A stretch of DNA of 34,976 nt from Intoshia linei (taxonomy: Eukaryota; Animalia; Orthonectida): positions 1-34,976 of the forward strand of contig LWCA01000274.1 in NCBI GenBank assembly GCA_001642005.1, written 5' to 3'. Shown piece by piece: positions 1 through 16,200 of this stretch. How positions within the stretch are numbered: the first letter of the stretch is position 1; each line of letters opens with the position of its first letter. A program made the translations under genes and the position numbers. A model generated the notes under the pieces. It was not told the DNA's origin and ran no database searches. It worked only from the letters and a program-made list of their open reading frames with translations.

Positions 1-29
1 AGATATAAATGTGAAGTATTTTTTAATAA

Positions 30-143
30 ATTGGGGGCCTCTTTTTAAGATATATCTGTAAAGTACTTTTATTAATTTAGAGGCCTTTTTTAATGAGGGC
101 TGCTGGGCTACAGCCCATATTGCCCATGGCTTAAAACGGCTCT
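30..143. mobile_element. Right end of a hAT-like MITE
   Basis: GC-rich terminus ...gggctacagcccatattgcccatggcttaaaacggctcta resembles the terminus ggcttaagacggctctg at about 22343-22359 (CAGAGCCG-type TIR). Confidence 0.45.
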
Positions 144-667
144 AACTATAGAGTCGTTCACTTATATATGCTCTTGTGTTCATCTATATATGCACTTTTG
201 GAATTTTAACACTTACGAGACTATCCTCATTTTCAAAATTCAAAGCAAAAAATTTCAGTTTTGAAATGTTAAAAAAACTGAAATTTAAATCTTAAAATTC
301 ACAAATTTCAATTGTCATTGATTTGTAAAGTTAACAACTTAGATTTGGCTTCAATATTTGGCTAAGAATAGGCAATAAAATTCACATTTATTAACAATAA
401 GATATATTTAATTTATGACACACAATTATCTTCAAATTGTATTCAAAAGTCTTCAAATATATATATTTTATTGTTGGCACAATGTAAACATTGATATTAA
501 AATTAATTTTTACACATATTACACATTGGATGTTATTATAAGATCAGTAATTTGTTCATAATTTATATTGGTACCGCTTTATTTTGGTTTGGATACAAAC
601 CAATGTAAATTTATGAGTGTAGTTTTTGGTATCTATACATGCAATTGTCTCGTAAAAATTAAGATTA

Positions 668-790
668 TTTTTTTACCAAACCTTAAAGGGGATGGTTTTT
701 TTAAATATTTTATAATCTGACTCTTAAAGTGGAATTTTCAGATATTTTTTGACAAACATTAAAGCTATGGGTTGTTGACGTTTTTTTAAC
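668..790. repeat. Dispersed repeat, copy 1 (homologous to 4404-4530)
   Basis: ttttttaccaaaccttaaaggggatggttttttt...ttttcagatatttttt...gggttg aligns by eye with ttttttactaaaccgtaaatgggagggtttttt...ttttcagattattttt...gggttg. Confidence 0.55.
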
Positions 791-1293
791 CTAATTTTTA
801 CTAAAGGGTTGTTAAAAATTCATATATGAATCATTGGATGTGAAACCGTTAAGTGTTTGTAATTATTGGAGTGATTGACCAAAAAAATAATAATAGCAAT
901 AGTTGGATCCATAATTTTATTTTCAGTTACACAAAAAAAGTAAATACAAAAAAAATGATAAAAAAAATTTCTTGACTTTTGCGACGATAACCATATTCTT
1001 ACGATTAACATTATAAATATACGGTTCCATAATTTATTATTAGCTTTCCTTTTTATCTTTTCCCATCCATGTACTAAACGACTAAAAATGAAGTAATTCA
1101 TTTAATTTTAATTTTTTGCAAACATGGTAGTTTATGGCTATCTTTAAATATAGGTAGTTTTTAATTCTATATTCCATCACCCAAAGTAGTAACCTTTGCA
1201 CGAAATTAATTGATTATTGTTTACAATTATTAATTTTCAATTTTAAATTTTTATTATTTCTAATTCTCAGAATTATTAATTCAAAGTTTTTAG

Positions 1294-4200
1294 AAATGGA
1301 GATCTATTGAATGCAGAGTAACAGATGGGTGCAATGAAGCTAAAGACACCGTAAAATTTTTATATACACTGGAAAAGCATTGCGATTCAATTTATCATTC
1401 AAGACCGGTAAATATGATTATTTTGAAATTTAAATTAATCTTTGAAAAACTATTACAAATTTTTTGAATTTTTGAAATTTGAATTCGTGTAATATACAAA
1501 CTTATACTCTTACCTGAAGTATTTTATTATTTTTATATTAAGTATAATTTATAATATTGATTTATATATAGCAAATCATGATGGAAAGTTTACCTGGAAT
1601 ATTAAATTCAATTCGAATGATTTATACCATATCTCGATATTATAATACTCCACAGAAAATGACGTCACTCTTCGTTAAAGTAAAATATGATACAAAATAA
1701 AAATGACAATAATAACTATAAATTAGATAACAAATCAAATAATAACTAGCTGCAAATCCTACTTAACGGACGATGATTTTGAGACAGTTTGGACCCAACC
1801 ACCAGAAGAAGTAATTACCCGGATAAATGAATGCATTGAATTGAATCAAAAATATCAATATTTATTTAAAGAAATGAAAAACAAAATTAATGAATCAATT
1901 AATGAATCTATAAATGAAAAAAAATTTGAAATATCAGAAATGTATATATTTGGGAAATTTGATAATTTTATAACACGTTTAAAAAACATAGTACAATTGT
2001 TTGAAATTATTGACATGATGTCAAATGTTCAATATGTTAAAGTTGAAGGTGAGGATTTTATATAATGGAGTAACATTTAAAATTTAGGTTTGGAAACAAT
2101 TTGTAATAAAATCCAAGTAATTTGTGCTTCAATAAAGAAAAAGCCATATGATTTTTTGGATCAAAGACGTGGAGAATTTACTAATGATATGCGAGAATTT
2201 AATCGACAAATTACTGATATGCAATTGCAAATTGAAAAATTTTTGGATAATAAATTGGAAGTTGTAAATAGTTCTAGACGTGCTTTTAATCTCATCAAAA
2301 ATTTTGAATGGCTCAATTTATCTATGATTGATATTTCTTGCAAATATCAAAAAGTTTTGATTCATTATTCAAAGGTTATTTTTCATGTTATAAAATTATT
2401 GATATACTAAATGATCGAGTAAAAGTAATAATATTATTGTTACATTTGAAATGCTTTCATTTAATTAATGCATTTCCAGGAATTGGATTCAATTACAAAA
2501 AATTACCAGAGAAACAAAAATGAACCACCGGCGTCGCATAACATGACACCTTTTGCATCTAAAATATCATGGGCAAGAAAATTATTTGAAAATATTTATG
2601 AACCAATGAAAAAGTTTCGTGAAAATAATTATGTGCTGAAACTGCCTGAAGCTAAACGTATCATTAAACATTACAATAGAATAGCAAAAATTATTATTGA
2701 ATACGAATTATTGTATTATAGAGCTTGGAAAAGAGAGGTTTTATATATTTTGAAATAAATTGACTGTTAATAATTTATAAATTTAGATATTAAAAAGTTC
2801 AAATGGATTAAAAGCATCGTTGTTAGTTAAACATCCTGAAACCCAACAAATATATGTTAACTTTGACCCTGCAATAAACCTACTTATTGCTGAAACTTAT
2901 GAAATGACATCCATGGATTTAGAAATACCAGATGTAGTAAAAAAATTGTACGAGAAACGTCAACATTATGAAAAAATATATGATAGATTGCAAGTATTCT
3001 TTTTTTTTAACAGTTGAATAAATTTAAACTAAATGTATATTAGATAATGATTGAAAAAAATAATAATGTACGGAATAAAACACCAGAAATTTTGAAAAGT
3101 CTATTGAATACACACCATATGTTGTTGGACCAAATAATGGAACCTGGATTCACTCATTTAAACTGGCATTCTTTGAGAATTGATGCGTATATCGAGAAAG
3201 TAAATAATCACTTGGAAAATTATGACATGTTAATTTCAAAAGCATCTGACATAATTGAATGTCGAATAAACAATATTTTGCTTGAAATGGAAAAAATTGA
3301 ATTGATGCGACCTGCCACGATTGAAACGGGAACGATTTCTATACATGAATTTATTGAAACGACTGAAGTAATTTTCAAAATAATATTATATTTTCAATAA
3401 TGATAATATGAATGATAATAATTTGTTATTATAAAGTGCAGGTATCTTTCAACCTTGAAATAAAATTTGTATAAAAGTGATACCATTCAGTGTTGTGTTA
3501 AATCTCAAGTGACGGTTTAACTTTTAATTTAATTTTTTTCAAAACGATAAATCAAATTATTTAAATTGTAAATTACATTCCGCCTTTTTAAAAAACTTTT
3601 ATAACAGGTAATATAAAATTTACCATATAAATAAGTGAATAAACGTGCACATCATTTTAATTTTGCGGTTTTTTGTGACAGGTAATATACAATGTACGAT
3701 TTAAATTATTTTTGAATGAGAATGGGGATCTTTTTGCTGAGGCGGATTTTTGTATCAAGTAATTTTTTTAATTATATTTATTTTAATCTTTACATGTTGA
3801 TTAAATTCAGTTTTACTGTTTTTAGACGGGAAACGGTAATTAGGTTTTAAGTAAATAAGTCTCAATTTCACTATATAAAAATTACATATAATACTATTTA
3901 AAAACTAGGATTTTTTATATTTTAATAATATTTTTATTGGTAACAACTTTATGTTACAATTTGTGAAAGTTTTATCAAGAACACATACGAAAAAAAATTT
4001 TTTTCTTCACGAATGAAGTCGCATTTATTACCCATTTATTATTTTGTAAAAAAGTACATTGAGAAAATAATATTGTAAATATTAGAAAGAAAATTGACGG
4101 ATGGTTACTGAAATAGAGACACATGAGAATTACCTAAAAAAAATTTAAAACCTTTTTTTATTATGTGTATTACAATTATTTTTGATTTAAAACGGTTTTT

Positions 4201-7200
4201 TAAATATATTTAAACCAGTGGTTCTTGATTTAAATAGTGTATCGTACTACGGTATGTAACCTTTTTAACTTTATCAAATTTTAATTAGCTAATTAATATG
4301 CATAATATTAATATCATCATGCTTGTAATTTTATGCCGATAAACATAACAAAAATTAACTTTATTAACTTTTGCCCGCCCTAATAATAACCAATTTCAGA
4401 GTATTTTTTTACTAAACCGTAAATGGGAGGGTTTTTTAATATTTTTTTTAAACCATGCCATTTAAGGGTATTTTCAGATTATTTTTTTACCGGACCGTAA
4501 AGGGAAGGGTTGTGTAATATTTTTTTTAAAAAAGCCTTTGAAGAGAAATTTTCATATAATTAAATGTTTTGGAAACTTTTTTTTACATTATAATATTTAA
4601 TTATACCATATTTATATTACTATATTAAAAAATTAATTTTAAATTAAATTAGATGCTTTGTAAGAGTGGTTCAACATATTTACATAGGCGAAATCTGAGC
4701 ATTGAAAAAGCTGTTCAAGAATTGGTTGTATTATTATGTTGCAATATTGATATTGATGAATTGGTGGAACATTATCAGATTTCAAGTAGAAAAAAAAGTT
4801 GCTACTCAGTTTTAAGTGGTATAGAAGAAGATGATAATAAATCTGAAAGAAATCGTTTAAATTCTACTACAGTGAATGGTAACAGTGCAAATATTGTACC
4901 TTGGCCAAAAAGAAAAAAAAGAGAACTTTTTCATAGTCAAATGGATGCAGCAAATGAATTATTAAATGTTTTTAGTAACAGAATAACTGATACCTTGCTA
5001 AAATTGACGCGGCAAACATTGGAAAATTTTAGAAGACGTATATCGAAAAGTTCATTTGTACACTTTATGCAAGGTTATTTTGAATTACAATTAATATTAT
5101 ATTTTGCTTCAAAAAAACTAAAAAAATAAATTGAGTTAACGAATTGAAACGAAAATATAATAACCTAAAAAATTATATACAATACAATATAAATGTATGT
5201 GTATTAATCAATTATTTAATTCAATATAAATTTAAAAAAATAGGGCTTAATTTATGTAATTTCTTAATTTTAATTTTTTAATTATATTCATTGAAATAAT
5301 TAAACTGATTAAATGTAACTGCAATCCCCCATCGTTGAAAATCAGTTAACTATTTGAATTTTTGAAAATTTAAAATTTGATTTATATTTCATTTTAAAAC
5401 ATTTTTGAAATTATAGACACTTCTTTGAACAAATCACAAGAAAATTTCAAACCTTTCTTTTCAACTGAAGCTGTATTAACAATACCAAACATATCAATGA
5501 CACCTACAATAGAAGAAGTTCAACAATCAATAAATCAGTGCGCTCAATTGATTTTACGTACATCAAACTACGTAACAATGTGGAATAATAATAGATTTAA
5601 ACCAAGCGCAAAAGGAAAAAGGTTTAGTTTTGCAGAGATGTATGATATCTCAAAGTCAGAATCCAATCTATCATCAAAGAATGGCGCACTCGTTAAAACA
5701 ATAGTAGTCGACCCACCGGAAGTATTTGAACATAGTTTGGAATCGGCCGGGTTTAAAGTTCACATGGGTAAAAAACAAACGTACTTTTCTGCGGTATCTG
5801 AACACAAGGAGGTTAATAAATTAATTTCACTTTTATCTACCTCTGTTACTTCGACTAAAAAGGTTTATTATATTAAATTATACATTATTAAATGTCCTGT
5901 TCTGTAAAGGTAAACTGAATCTCAATAGGCAATCAAACTTTTTATGATTATTTTAAAATTGTATTTATGTTTACATAAGGTCCCTACAATTTTCACGTTC
6001 TACAGACTTAACCGACATGTTTTAATTAAATACATGCATGACATGCGATGAATTATTATATTATTAATAGGAAATTATGCAAGTTCTGGAGACTTTCAAC
6101 AAATATAATTGTATTTGGCTGGACGATAAAAAACCAATTATGGATGAATTTATGGCATCAAACCCTAGTTTGTACGAATATGAATGCAATATTAAGCAGT
6201 ACGAAAGTATTGATGAGAATGTTAAACAGGAGCCGGAATATTTTAATATTGGAGCTTTACAAATAAACACTGGTAATTTTTTAAATTTTATACGTATAGT
6301 ACAGTACTGTATTAGATTCAAGTCAGACAAATAAAATAAAAATTAATCGGTTAAAATACTTATTATATTACATTTATTATGTAATGTTAAACAGTCTTTA
6401 AATTATTTTTAAATGAATATATTTTAATATTAAGTTTACCCTACTGATAACGAACATTTTTTTTTAACTTTTAAATTAGATAAACTAAAAAATGGTATAA
6501 TGGAAGAGTCAAAATTGTGGAGAATTGGATATGCAAATTTATGCAATATTCAATTTTCTGGAGAAATGCAAAAAACTTTTGATTTTATCGATGATATGAA
6601 TAACCGATTACCTAGACCTATAAAAGATTTGGATGATATTCGATTAGTCATGTCTGCATTAGATGAGCTCAGAGCTAATGAAATTAGTATAGACATGAAT
6701 TTGACTCCCATTGAAGTAATATATAATTACGTGTGATTTCAATGAATTTGAACGATTTTTTTGTTCAAAAATTAAATTTTCAACCTATATTTTAAAATAT
6801 GTTATTTATAATCAAGGTGTAATGAATTTTTACATAAATTATTAAATATTTTGACAAAAATATCAATTTATCAATATAATCAATTGTAGTCATTATATTC
6901 ATGTATCGTTTATATAAATTGACATGGTTAGTTAAAAATTTTATTATATTTTTAGGAATCATATTCGATGTTAGGTAAACATGATTTACCTGTTCCGAAA
7001 GAAGAAACTGAACGGGTTGATTCAATGAGATATTCATGGTAAATTACTGACATTTAAAATGTTGGTTCAAGTTGGAAAACGATAAAAAGTCAATTTACTT
7101 CCCTATCAAAACTTAAAGGGTTTTAATTTTTGAAAATTTTTTTATATTTTTCAAAATATTATCGAAAATCAGACAATGTATGTTTGAAAAATTTTTTTTA

Positions 7201-10200
7201 ACGTATAATGTATAAATGTACTAAAATTTTGAAATAATTAAAAAATGGACAAAAAATTTTAGAATATTTTTGTAGTTTCACAACAAAAAGTATTTTTTAA
7301 CAACCATTCTTACTACAACCCTTGAATACTGTAATTCAGTTTATAAAAACATGTATTTATGTCCTTCAAACTTTTTGATATTTTACATCTTTCTTTAGCA
7401 TATTTTTCAATTTAATTGATTCAATTAACTAGGGAGAAACTAAGATCATGTGCACTACAAGTACAATCCAATTTATTGGAATATCAACCCAAATTTTACA
7501 ATGAATTGGTCAGTGATGTTAAAACATTTAACACTGATTGTACTGAATTTTATGATTCATACAAAACGGTAAAATTTAATAAAACTGTAGATTATATATA
7601 AAGTCAAATTCTCATTAACAATTATGTTACCAAAAATATAAAGAGTAATAGTAGGAATAATTATTTTTAATCGAATTTGTGTATATATATCGTAGATACC
7701 AAATTTATTCTGTATTTATATACATATTATATTATTATATGCATATTTTGTATATGTATTTGCATTTAAATATGTAAAATTATATTCATTTTTTTATTAT
7801 GTTATTATTATATATATATTATTATTATATTTATGAATATTACATTTATGTGTGTTACCGTTTAATTAAAAAATTAAAAATTTAAATTTAAAAAACAAAT
7901 TTTTTAATACAGCTTATCGAAGTGGTGTTTTATCGCATATTTTATATTCAGAAATTGAGACCTTCGGTCAAATACCTACATAAATACGTATATGACCTTT
8001 TTTATATAATAAAAAATTTTGAAATTATTGAAACTAAAATAAAAAGCAAATTTTGAGACAGTTTTTAAATAATTTTTAAATTAGAAAAAATTGGATGGTA
8101 ACCTTTAAATTTTTATTGATAAAAATTTAAATTTCACCCGGACAAGTGGTTGAGGACCCATGCCATATTATAAAAATAGACGTTTCCGTGTTGCCATTAT
8201 TCCTTAATAATTAAAAAAAATTTCATAAAGCTAAGTGCTCATTCGCCTCCAATTGGGATACCTTTAGTATTGTATGATTAAAAATTTTTATACAACTTCT
8301 ATCCTATTATTGGTTAATAATAACATTGAAATTACGCTATTTAGAAAGGACCAATGGTTGAAGGATTGGATCCACGAGACGCATCTGATCGTCTGATAAT
8401 ATTTCAAAATCATTTCGATACATTATACCGAAAATATGAAACATATTCTGGAGGTGAAGTTTTGTTTGGATTGCCTGTAACGTGCCATCCAAATCTATTA
8501 AAAATTCGAAAAGAATTAAATTTGTTGCAAAAATTATACAACCTATACAATTCAGTAATAGACACAGTCCACGGGTACTATGATATACTTTGGAGTGATG
8601 TGGATATTGAAAAAATCAATTTAGAATTACAAGATTTCCAATTGAAATGTCGAAAATTACCAAAAGGCTTAAAAGAATGGCCAGCCTACAACAAATTAAG
8701 AAAAACTATTGATGATTTTAATGAAATTGTTCCATTACTGGAACTGATGGCTAAAAAGGCAATGCAAGGCAGACATTGGAAACGTATTGAAGATTGTACA
8801 AAACATAGCTTTGATTTTGATAATGATCAGTTTGCCTTAAAAAATATATTGGAAGCTCCACTATTAAAATATAAAGATGAAATTGAAGATATATGCATTT
8901 CAGCTGGTAAAGAGCGCGAAATTGAAGCGAAACTTAAACAAGTTATAGCGGAATGGGATAACAAAGAATTTGTGTTTGCTTCGTTTAAAAACCGTGGAGA
9001 AATTTTACTTAGAGGTGATACTACGTCTGAAATAATATCAATTATGGAAGACAGTTTAATGGTTTTGAGTTCTTTATTAAGCAATCGATATAACACTCCA
9101 TTTAAAAAGAAAATTCAACATTGGTCAAATAATCTCAGTAATTCTAGTGAAATTATAGATCAATGGATAAATGTTCAAAATTTATGGGTTTATTTGGAAG
9201 CCGTGTTTGTGGGAGGAGATATTGCCAAACAATTACCTCAAGAAGCCAAAAGGTTTTCAAATATTGATAAGGCATGGATCAAATTGATGACACGTGCTAT
9301 AGAAACTCCGAATGCTATACAGTGCTGTGTTGGTGATGATACCTTGGGTCAACTACTTCCTCATTTATTGGAACAACTTGAATTATGCCAAAAATCTCTG
9401 ACAGGATATTTAGAAAAAAAACGAGCTTTATTTCCAAGATTTTATTTTGTTTCTGATCCAGCATTATTGGAAATTTTGGGGCAGGCGTCAGATCCACACA
9501 CAATACAAGCACACTTACTCAGCATTTTCGATAATATCAAAACTGTTAAATTTCACGAAAAAAATTATGATACCATGTTGTCTGTAATATCTTCAGAAGG
9601 AGAAGTAATTGAGTTACAAAAATCTGTTAGAGCCGAAGGAAATATAGAGATTTGGCTTATGAATTTATTGGTAGAATCACAAAAATCTCTTCACTTTGTC
9701 ATACGTACAGCTACAATGACCATTCAAGACAGTTCCTTTAATTTGACCGAGTTTTTATCCATGTTTATCGCTCAGGTCGGATTACTCGGACTTCAACTTA
9801 TATGGACACGTGATGCAACGATAGCTCTAAAAAATGCCCGATACGATAAAAAACAAATGGGAATAACAAATAAATACTTTATATCTATGTTAAACGACCT
9901 CATCAAACAAACTACTTTTAATTTATCTCCGTTAGATCGTACAAAATACGAAACTTTGATTACAATTCATGTCCACCAACGCGACATTTTTGAAGAAATT
10001 TGTAATTTACACGTTAGGTCTCCATTAGACTTTGAATGGCAAAAACAAACTAGGTTTTACTTTATGGAGGATATTGACAAGTGTATTGTTTCAATTACAG
10101 ACATTGATTTTGAATATCAGAATGAATTTTTAGGGTGCACAGAAAGATTAGTAATAACTCCTCTTACTGATAGATGCTACATTACATTAGCTCAAGCTCA

Positions 10201-13200
10201 AGGGATGGCGATGGGTGGAGCACCAGCGGGTCCAGCTGGAACAGGAAAAACTGAAACAGTAAAAGACATGGGAAGATGCTTAGGAAAATACGTCGTAGTA
10301 TTCAATTGTTCAGATCAGATGGATTTTAGAGGTTTAGGTCGTATTTATAAGGGATTAGCACAATCTGGAACATGGGGATGTTTTGATGAGTTTAACAGAA
10401 TTGATTTACCTGTGTTATCTGTCGCAGCTCAACAAATAGCCATACTTTTAAGTGCTAAAAAGGAAAGAAAAAGAGAATTTATCTTTACGGATGGTGATCT
10501 TGTCTCAATGAATCCTGAATTTGGCATATTTTTAACAATGAATCCTGGATATGCTGGAAGACAAGAATTGCCTGAAAATTTAAAAATCAATTTTAGGACA
10601 GTTGCAATGATGGTGCCTGATAGACAAATTATTATCCGAGTTAAACTTGCTTCAATAGGATTTATAGAAAATATTATTTTGTCAAGGAAATTTTTTACTT
10701 TGTATAAATTATGTGAAGAACAATTAACAAAACAGGTATTTATTATATAATCAATTCTATCTCGAAAATGTACTGTATATCAATAATATGGTACAGAAAT
10801 CGTTTGGACGTAAGATAAGTTATAGTTGATTTTTTAGAGGGTCGAGTAAATTAAGTTAAATTAAGTATTTTAAAAAAATTTACAAAAAGGTTGTAATATT
10901 CAATAATAAATTTTCATTTCGATTAAAATTGAATGTTATCACTCTAAAATTTGCATGTAAACGAGTCTACTATTATAAATACTATTATAATAATAATAAA
11001 TAAAAGTAGTATATAATTATATATTACTTTTATTTACAGTTACAGTTAGTTTGTATATTATAATATACATTTTGGTGTATTTGCAAACTCAGTCTGAACT
11101 TTAGACTCTAAAACTATTTAGACTAAATTTCGGTGTAGTGACCGTCGATTTGTTGACAATTTTTCCATATAAGATTGATTAAATAGTATTTATAAGTTTG
11201 AATAGTAAACTTATGACAAAAACCGTGTTTATAATGTTTATCTGACTGACTTCCTACAGATCATCCACGACACTAACAAATATTTGACTTTATAATTGGA
11301 TTATAATATTTTTTTTATCTATTTAGGTACATTATGATTTCGGACTACGAAATATGTTATCTGTTTTGAGAACACTCGGAAATGCAAAAAGAAATAATCC
11401 TGATGATTCAGAACAGACAACTGTAATGAAAGTACTACGTAACATGAACCTGTCCAAATTGGTGGATCAAGACGAATCTCTATTTTTGTCATTAATAGAC
11501 GACTTATTCCCTGGAATAATATTAGATAAAGCTGGTTATCCAGAATTAGAAGTTGAAATTGACAATGTTGTTCGTGAATCAAAATTAGTGAATCACGATT
11601 CATGGAACTTGAAATTGATACAATTATATGAAACGCAAAGAGTTAGACATGGTATGATGGCATTGGGTCCATCTGGATCAGGAAAAACAAAATGTATTCA
11701 AACATTAATGAAAGCCATGTCAAATGTGGGATCACCACATAAAGAAATGAGAATGAACCCTAAAGCAATTACGTCCTCTCAAATGTTTGGTACATTGGAT
11801 GTTGCTACAAACGATTGGACCGATGGTATTTTTTCAACATTGTGGCGTAGAACGCTAAAAGTGAAAAAAGGTGATCATATTTGGATAGTTCTAGATGGCC
11901 CAGTAGATGCAATTTGGATTGAAAACTTGAATAGCGTCTTAGATGATAACAAAACTCTTACTTTGGCCAATGGAGATCGTATTCCAATGTCACCAACATG
12001 CAAAATTATATTTGAACCACATAATATTGACAATGCGAGTCCTGCTACAGTTTCACGCAACGGTATGGTATTTATGAGCTCTTCAGCGTTAGGTTGGAGG
12101 CCTATTTTGCAAGCTTGGTTGTTTACTAGAAATTCAACTGAATCTGCAATAATCTTGGCATTGTTTGATGAATCCTATGATCACATTTGTATATTTTCCA
12201 CCGAATCTCTGCGTTTTAAGATGGAAATGCTTGAAGCTTTCTTCATTCGACAGGCTTGTGATTTAATGGAAGGTTTGCTGATGAACAAAGACGAAAGAGA
12301 ACAATTGAATGCTAATGTATTTGCCAAAATATATGTATTTACAATCATGTGGAGTATTGGAGCATTATTAGATTTAGATGATAGAATAAAGTTACAAGAA
12401 TTTATGACGGATAACGAAAATTTCAAATTGGAATTACCTGAATGTGTTGAACCAGATTCAATAATTTTTGATTATGTCGTTGGACCATCTGGACACTGGG
12501 TATACTGGGGTAGTCGTGTAGAAGAATACATTTACCCAAAAACAAAAACACCAGAATATGCATCAATTCTTGTACCAAATATAGACAACATTCGTATCGA
12601 ATATTTAATTGAAAAAATAGCTAAACAAGACAAAGCCATATTACTTATTGGAGAATCAGGTACAGCAAAAACTGTAATGATAAATGCATATTTAAAAAAG
12701 TTTAACGCCGAAAGACACATTTCTAAATGTCTAAATTTTTCATCTGCGACAACTCCTTTACTTTTTCAACGTACGATTGAAAGTTATGTGGACAAACGAA
12801 TGGGAACAACCTATGGACCACCGTCAGGCAAAATGATGACGGTGTTTATAGACGACATAAACATGCCCACAATAAACGAATGGAGTGATCAAGTTGCAAA
12901 TGAAATTGTGCGTCAATTAATGGAAATGAAGGGATTTTATTCCCTTGAAAAACCGGGCGATTTCATACATATCGTAGATGTAAATTTCATGGCTGCAATG
13001 ATAACACCTGGCGGAGGAAGAAATGACATTCCCCAAAGGTTAAAACGTCAATTTAACATTTTTAATTGTACCATGCCATCAAATCAATCCATCGATAAAA
13101 TTTTTTCAGTTATAGCATGTGGACATTTTGTAGCTGAACGAAATTTTACTCAAAATGTTATAGATATGGTCAAAATATTGGTACCTGTAACAAGGCGATT

Positions 13201-16200
13201 ATGGCAACTTACAAAGATAAAAATGTTACCTACACCAGCAAAATTTCACTACATTTTTAATCTTCGAGATTTAAGCCGTATTTGGCAAGGAATGCTAAAT
13301 AGCAGTCCTGAAGTAGTAACAAACGATAAAGTAATTATAGGATTATGGAAGCACGAATTTTCAAGAGTTATATCTGATCGATTCACTGAAGAGAAGGATT
13401 GTTTATGGATGCAAAAAACTTTTATAAGAGTGATAAATGAAATTGATGAAAATTATGCACAATATGTTGAAAAAGACGAATATTTTGTAGACTTTTTACG
13501 CGACGCACCGGAAGCTACTGGTGAAGAGGGGGATGACGATGATTTTGACATGCCAAAAATTTATGAACCTATAGAAGGGGATGATCAATTGAAACAACGT
13601 TTAAATTCATTTATGCTACAATATAACGAATCTATTCGTGGTTCCGGTTTGGATTTAGTTTTTTTCAGAGATGCAATGTATCACATTATTAAAATTTCTA
13701 GAATCATCAGAACACCTCGTGGAAATGCATTATTAGTAGGTGTAGGCGGTTCAGGTAAACAATCTTTGACTCGGTTAGCTTCCTATATTGCTGATTACAA
13801 AATATTTCAAATAACTTTGACTAGAGCCTATAATGTTTCCAATTTACTTGAAGATTTGAAGGGATTGTACAGATTAGCAGGACAACAAGGTATCGGTGTC
13901 ACTTTTTTGTTTACAGATCAAGAAATTAAGGACGAATCCTTTTTGGAATATCTCAATAATATTTTATCTTCCGGTGTCGTATCAAATTTATTTGCTAGAG
14001 ATGAAATGGATGAAATTTTACAAGAGCTTATTCCTATTATGAAACAAGAATACCCTAAAAGACCTCCAACGAATGAAAATTTATATGACTACTTTTTGAG
14101 TCGATCTAGGGCTAATTTACATGTCGTTTTGTGTTTCTCACCTGTAGGTGAAAAATTTCAAATGCGAGCTTTGAAATTTCCAGGTTTAATTTCAGGATGT
14201 ACCATTGACTGGTTTCAACGGTGGCCTCTTGATGCACTTGTTGAAGTTGCAGAATATTATATATCCAATTTGGGTAATTTTTATATTTTTAGTGGTGTTT
14301 TATAACTAATATAAATAAAATAGACATCTCTACAGGCAGTGTCGTGTCAATTTGAACTGGACCAGCAAAAATTAAAATGTATTTTGTTTACTCATTGTCC
14401 CTTGGTTGTTAATTTATTATGAAAAAATATTGAGACCCCAGAGAAAATTATACCAAAGTTTAAAAAAACTAATTTAAATTAAATTTTAAAGAATAAACAG
14501 TTTAAATTTGTTCTCGTTTATCCTGAATTTACAGGTTGCTTACACGGCACTATCGAGATATCTCCTTTATTTAATATTTACTTATTTCCATATATCCCTC
14601 AAATATTACGCATTATATTTTAAAATTTGCTAATTTCAACGTGCCGGTATGTATAATTATTGAGATATTTAGTAGTTTCAACCTCAGATTGATATTTATA
14701 ATTTTTAATTGTACATTAAAATAAGATTTATGTTTTTTATAAATGATATTACATTCAATCTTTTTGATTGAAATGGTAATACATTTTTTATACTGTATCA
14801 TACAATAATAAATATTTTAATAACTTTCCTTATTTATAAATTATAATGTATTATATTCATATAAAATTAAATTTTATCTTTAGAAATGGATGAATCCGCG
14901 AAACAGAACCGAGATCGTTTAGTTCAAATGATGGGTCGATTACACGATGATGTGGCAATAAGTTGCGTAAAATATTTCGAATGTTACCGTAGAACAGCCC
15001 ACGTAACACCAAAATCGTATTTAAGTTTTTTGACTGGATATAGAAGAATATATGAACATAAACATGAAGAAATTTCAAATATGGCAGATAGAATGTCAAC
15101 CGGATTACAAAAATTAATAGAAGCTCAAGAAACAATTGCTATCCTAAAAACAGAATTGCAAGTTAAAGAAGTTGAACTACAAGAAGCATCAGTAAAAGCA
15201 AAAGCTGTATTAGAAAAAGTGACGGTAAAATCTGAAGCTGTAAATAAAGTCAAAAGAGCAGTACAACAAAAAACCGATAAAGCTCAAGCAATGGTTGATG
15301 TTATTCAAAAAGATCAAGGTATAGCAAAAGAAAAATTGGAAGCAGCTCGACCTGCACTAGAAGAGGCTGAAGCTGCGTTAAATACGATAAAACCGGCGGA
15401 TATCTCGACGGTCAGAAAGTTGGGTAAACCTCCAAATTTGATTATGAGAATTATGGATTGCGTATTGTTGCTGTTTCAGAGAAAAACTGAATCAGTAAGT
15501 ATTGACTCAGAAAAAAATACAATAAAAACGTCGTGGAGTGATTCTTTAAAATTTTTATCGGCTGGTAATTTTTTGCAATCGTTATTAACTTTTCCGAAAG
15601 ATACAATCAACGCTGAAACTGTAGAGTTGTTGAAACCTTATTTGAACATGGATGATTATAACTATGAGACTGCTAAACGAGTGTGTGGTAATGTTGCCGG
15701 ATTAGCTGCTTGGACAGGTGCGATGGCTGTTTTTTATGAAATTAACAGAGAAGTTTTGCCTTTAAAGGCAAATCTAGCTGTAGCGACAGCTAAACTTAAT
15801 GCTGCAAATGATGAATTGCAAGAAGCGCAATCTCAGTTGGCAGAAAAACAGAAAGAACAAGACGCAGTTCAAGCAGAATATGACGAAGCAATGGGAGCTA
15901 AACAGTCTTTAGAGGATGATGCAGAACGCTGCAGAAGAAAAATGAATACGGCTACAGAATTAATTTCTGGACTAGCTGGAGAAAAGGAACGGTGGACTCA
16001 ACAGAGCATTGAATTTAAGAGTCAAATTGTACAATTAATTGGGGATGTCCTAATAACTGCTTCATTTTTGTCTTATTCTGGACCCTTTAATCAAGACTTT
16101 CGACGTCAGAGGAAATTGCAACTACAAAACCATCTTAGAAAATATCAAATAGCGCATACACCTAGCCTTTCAGTAATTAATATGATGGTAGACCCAACTG

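Noticed and set aside
820-1101. 93-aa minus-strand ORF
   Set aside because: Low-complexity I/F/N/K composition in AT-rich intronic sequence; no recognisable motif.
10940-11140. Possible CACTA-type MITE (cactcta...tgtagtg)
   Set aside because: TIR match is poor beyond the first 4 nt and there is no clear TSD.
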